Origin: Shigella phage Sf25
Direction: 5' to 3' (one strand)
Sequence record: MF327009
Length of the DNA stretch: 64,000 nt
Shown: one piece after another, positions 60,234 to 64,000 of the stretch
Numbering within the stretch: the stretch's first letter is position 1
Layout: the number at the start of each line of letters is the position of its first letter
Made by a program: the position numbers and the translations under genes
Notes under the pieces: model-generated
The model's input: the letters and a program-made list of their open reading frames with translations, nothing else
Told to the model about the DNA's origin: nothing
Database searches by the model: none

Positions 60234-60595
60234 TACAAACTCTCAGTAAAGGTACGAGCGATAACGTCGCGCTGCTGTTCCGGAGTCAGAGAGTTAAAGC
60301 GAACTGCATAACCAGATACACGGATGGTCAGCTGCGGATATTTTTCCGGATGCTTAACTGCATCTTCCAGAGTTTCACGACGCAGAACGTTAACGTTCAG
60401 GTGTTGACCACCTTCAATTTTAACTGTAGGTTGTGTTTCAATTTCAATTTCACGGGCATGCAAACCATAGAAAATTTCTGGGTCTACAAAGGAGTCTTCT
60501 TTAAAAGTTTTAGAGACAATAATTCGTGCTTGAATACCATCTTCAAAATAAATAGTACCTTTGTGTGTGCCTTCAAGAATTTGATATGCTTTCAT
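60233..60595 (-). CDS. autonomous glycyl-radical cofactor (GrcA/YfiD-like), 120 aa
   Basis: C-terminal glycyl-radical signature RVSGYAVRF, YfiD-like length. Confidence 0.7.
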   Translation of the reverse strand: MKAYQILEGTHKGTIYFEDGIQARIIVSKTFKEDSFVDPEIFYGLHAREIEIETQPTVKIEGGQHLNVNVLRRETLEDAVKHPEKYPQLTIRVSGYAVRFNSLTPEQQRDVIARTFTESL

Positions 60596-60602
60596 ATAAA
60601 CC

Positions 60603-60983
60603 TCAATTAGAAAATAAATTTATCCAAGATTGTTCTTTAATTAAAAACGGCTCAGAATCATATGCCATTAAACTCTGTGTGATTAGTCCTTTAAAAGGCC
60701 CATCAATAAATTCCATGGTAAAATATGGAATTTTATTCATTAATCTTGCATTAGGAGCAGTGCACAAAACTCTGCATCCTTCGAATACGCCTTTTTGTAA
60801 TTTGTATTGCTTAGGATAAAATTCGCTCAAGACGTTGTTATTTGCCAAAATTTCAAAATGATTCACCAATTTATTTTTAATAGTTTTTGGCGAAAAATAA
60901 AGATATTCGAAAAGTTGCGTGTCTGTCATCATTGCATTCCGATTATGAAAAACTGTGGACGAGTAATACCACCAATGCAACAT
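60603..60983 (-). CDS. hypothetical protein
   Basis: ORF track. Confidence 0.4.
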   Translation of the reverse strand: MLHWWYYSSTVFHNRNAMMTDTQLFEYLYFSPKTIKNKLVNHFEILANNNVLSEFYPKQYKLQKGVFEGCRVLCTAPNARLMNKIPYFTMEFIDGPFKGLITQSLMAYDSEPFLIKEQSWINLFSN

Positions 60984-61468
60984 TTACTATTGCAGCAGTG
61001 TTGCACAGTTTCAATATGAATATCGTAAATTTTATCCATATCAGGAGATTTAACAGGCTCATCGATTATATACAAAATCCGTGAAAGCGATAAACCTCTG
61101 AACTTGCTTCCTTTATTACCGATAAAACTACGGACAGAATCGGTAAATAAACGGAATCGAATATCATCGCTAGAATAACGAGAAAATTCTTTTTTAATGT
61201 GGCCTGCAGAAATTTTAGCGTAAGCTGAAGTATTAGAAAGAACAATAACTGTTCCACCATCATACAGCCAATTAGCAGCAAAGTTAGTCACAGCAGTTGA
61301 TTTACCGGATTGTCTGCCACCATCTAATCGAAGTGTGCAATACTGCTTGAGTAAGTCTTCAAATGGTGGGATATAATCGTTTTTACAAATTTCTTCTACT
61401 CTAGCATCAGAATGGTGTGTAAAAGCATTCATCAGGGATAGATAAGGACCAGTTAAAAATGTTCTCAT
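60929..61468 (-). CDS. small P-loop NTPase-like protein
   Basis: Walker A GGRQSGKST, Walker B-like ILYIIDEP. Confidence 0.45.
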   Translation of the reverse strand: MRTFLTGPYLSLMNAFTHHSDARVEEICKNDYIPPFEDLLKQYCTLRLDGGRQSGKSTAVTNFAANWLYDGGTVIVLSNTSAYAKISAGHIKKEFSRYSSDDIRFRLFTDSVRSFIGNKGSKFRGLSLSRILYIIDEPVKSPDMDKIYDIHIETVQHCCNSKCCIGGITRPQFFIIGMQ

Positions 61469-61608
61469 TTCTTCTCTCTAAGTTTGGGCCATTCCATGGC
61501 GCATGAATTGTCCATTTCTGTATTTACCCATTACCGCACTTGGGCTCGACCTTATTACAGGTTGGCGGGAATCCCTCATAGAATCATGAGGTCCAGTTTG
61601 TTCCCATA

Positions 61609-62082
61609 TTATTTGAACGATTTAACGTACTGAATAGAACCTTTACTATTTACAAAGGCAATTTTACCATTTTTATTATACATTGTAGCAGTACGTTGAT
61701 AGCCATAAGTTTGTTTACCAGATTGATAACCAACTAATGCAAAATTATCTTCACCCATTTTATTCTGTTTAGCGCGAATGCGTTCATGACCATGTGCCAT
61801 AAGAACCTTAGCATCACCAGTTGCAATGGATCGACGAGTTTTTTCATCTTCAACTGTATTAACAAAGTCGTCAAATGAATCAAATTTAGCATGAGATTTA
61901 TTATACAATTTTCCATCTACTGCATAATTATATCCCTGTACATCCATCTCAACTTCTGTACCATCATCCAATACAGCAGTAATTTTCTGTCCTTTTTTAA
62001 ATTTCAAAAGATCAGTAAAAGATTCAGCAATAATTTGAGAATTAATAGCTGCTTCAGTGATAAATTCTTGATATGTTTTCAT
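61609..62082 (-). CDS. internal protein (capsid-targeted), 157 aa
   Basis: N-terminal capsid targeting sequence MKTYQEFITEA; adjacent to e as T4 ipII/ipIII. Confidence 0.55.
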   Translation of the reverse strand: MKTYQEFITEAAINSQIIAESFTDLLKFKKGQKITAVLDDGTEVEMDVQGYNYAVDGKLYNKSHAKFDSFDDFVNTVEDEKTRRSIATGDAKVLMAHGHERIRAKQNKMGEDNFALVGYQSGKQTYGYQRTATMYNKNGKIAFVNSKGSIQYVKSFK

Positions 62083-62098
62083 GTGTATCCTTTAATTT

Positions 62099-62416
62099 TT
62101 ATTCTTTAGGGAAGTTTTTAGAATATGCATCATAAAGCTTATTTCCAATACGGCGGAAAACTCTAGCCGCAAAACGATTTTCTGGGTTTTTAATCATGAT
62201 TTGCATCATATAAGTACCCGCGTCAGAAAGAGCTTCTTCATAGTACCCGTTAATTTCTTTAAGAGTCCTACGTTTACCGCCAGGACCATCAACAGTGATT
62301 TTCCATTTACCTGTAGAAGTGCGACTTGGCGGCTCAACTTGTTCAATCCAGATATAACCGCCTTCTACACGTTGTCCTGCAGCAGATTCTGCAATAAATT
62401 CTTGATAGGTTTTCAT
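62099..62416 (-). CDS. internal protein (capsid-targeted), 105 aa
   Basis: N-terminal capsid targeting sequence MKTYQEFIAES. Confidence 0.55.
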   Translation of the reverse strand: MKTYQEFIAESAAGQRVEGGYIWIEQVEPPSRTSTGKWKITVDGPGGKRRTLKEINGYYEEALSDAGTYMMQIMIKNPENRFAARVFRRIGNKLYDAYSKNFPKE

Positions 62417-62470
62417 GTGTTTCCTTTAAATATTTTAATTAGTAATTTGTCTCTTCAAGCAACTGTGAAT

Positions 62471-62500
62471 ATACTATCACAATTCTAGGAGAAAGTAAAC
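62471..62500 (-). promoter_or_regulatory. early-promoter-like site upstream of internal-protein genes
   Basis: Minus strand reads GTTTAC-N-TGATAGTAT. Confidence 0.4.
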
Positions 62501-62504
62501 AACT

Positions 62505-63035
<531 letters not shown>

Positions 63036-63491
63036 TTAAAAGAGGCTGTTCATTATTCGGTAAAGTGAAGGACCCATCACATATTGCCACTGAGTACGAG
63101 GAATAAGAGCAAAAGCATCCATCTCTGGAATCATAACGCCATCTTTATTTTCAAAATAAGACTCACAACGGCAATTTCTGAACATCTCATGCTCTACTGG
63201 AATCGTATAATAAAATAACTGTAAGTCTTTATTACTAGAATATTTAAATACACCTAGGTCTTCTAGAAGGTCTGGATTATAATTGTTAAAACCAGTCTCT
63301 TCTGAGCATTCTCTTCGTGCTGCATCTAATGCGCTTAAATCAGAATTTTCTACACGCCCCTTTGGAATATCCCAGCGATGTGCCATCATTCCAGGCTTAC
63401 GAGAACCAGTAACTCGTCCCATAAATAAATCTTTATCTTCTGTCATAAAGATAATACCAGCTGATAATGTTTTCATTTTAATTTCCTGCAT
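63036..63491 (-). CDS. nudE: Nudix hydrolase
   Basis: Nudix box region (RRECSEETG); 151 aa, position next to e. Confidence 0.8.
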   Translation of the reverse strand: MQEIKMKTLSAGIIFMTEDKDLFMGRVTGSRKPGMMAHRWDIPKGRVENSDLSALDAARRECSEETGFNNYNPDLLEDLGVFKYSSNKDLQLFYYTIPVEHEMFRNCRCESYFENKDGVMIPEMDAFALIPRTQWQYVMGPSLYRIMNSLF

Positions 63492-63961
63492 TCAGTGATA
63501 AAATTATTTAAATTTTGAGTATATTTCTTTTCATCAAAAATCTTTTGCTGCCTACGTAACCGCCATGGCATTTCAATGAACACGCACCATATTCCTGATA
63601 GTACTGCTGCTGTAAAAATATTAACAAGTATAATTAAAAGAATCCAATCTTCCGTTCTGCCTACTGGACTTTCTCCAAAGAAGCAAAATACAAATGATGT
63701 CACAGGAAAACTAATAATATACCACAGAATAACCTTCTTATCTGTGAACCAATCAGCGTTCGTTAACTTAGCACGACCATTTTGAATACACACGAATTTA
63801 TCATCTGTTACAGTAGATGGCTTAACTGCTTGATATCCCATTCTAAACTCCCTAATTAATCGTTTCTTTGTATCTTCAGAACAGCCGCTCCAGTCAACTC
63901 TATCGACTGAAATGCCATCGTCCCCATCATCTAAATCATACCAGCGAGTTTTTAAAATCAT
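63473..63961 (-). CDS. membrane protein (e.2 position)
   Basis: Two central hydrophobic helices. Confidence 0.45.
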   Translation of the reverse strand: MILKTRWYDLDDGDDGISVDRVDWSGCSEDTKKRLIREFRMGYQAVKPSTVTDDKFVCIQNGRAKLTNADWFTDKKVILWYIISFPVTSFVFCFFGESPVGRTEDWILLIILVNIFTAAVLSGIWCVFIEMPWRLRRQQKIFDEKKYTQNLNNFITECRKLK

Positions 63962-64000
63962 TTGATTTTCCTACAATCATTCACGAATTCTTTCATTGAT

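Noticed and set aside
61469-61608. Possible tRNA or small RNA gene in the GC-rich spacer
   Set aside because: No acceptor-stem pairing or T-loop (GTTCxAxxC) could be found on either strand; only a simple hairpin.

Overview
This window is a ~64 kb stretch of the early/middle replication and nucleotide-metabolism region of a T-even (T4-like, Tevenvirinae) coliphage, transcribed almost entirely on the minus strand. Gene order is colinear with T4: 39 (topoisomerase), dexA, dda, modA/modB-like, soc, 56, dam, 61, dmd, 41, 40, uvsX, 42, imm, 43, regA, 62, 44, 45, rpbA, 46, 47, alpha-gt, 55, nrdH, nrdG, nrdD, 49, nrdC, rI, tk, regB, internal proteins, e (lysozyme) and nudE. The gene content is T2/T6-type rather than T4 itself: topoisomerase 39 is one continuous ORF, nrdD has no intron, there are no homing-endonuclease genes or denV, and a GT-A type transferase sits where T4 has beta-gt. 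Many hairpin terminators with CGAA/TTCG loops and GTTTAC-N17-TATAAT early-promoter-like sites are visible. The most striking signal is structural: eight perfectly identical tandem duplications (114-249 bp) lie inside or next to genes, one of which frameshifts the dCTPase gene 56, and the clamp-loader gene 62 is truncated by an apparent ~139 bp deletion. Such exact lesions in essential genes look like very recent rearrangement, assembly artefact or engineering rather than evolved features. Gene-level candidates for accessory or anti-defence functions include a PD-(D/E)xK nuclease-like gene with an opposite-strand membrane ORF between dam and 61, a macro-domain protein, variant internal proteins, the 61-41 small-gene island, and an AAA+ ATPase / nucleotidyltransferase pair. 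Coordinates read by eye from the sequence (repeats, hairpins, promoters, small ORFs) may be off by 1-2 bp; ORF-track coordinates are used for CDSs. The ORF track appears to allow non-ATG starts, so several N-terminal extensions are probably not real.
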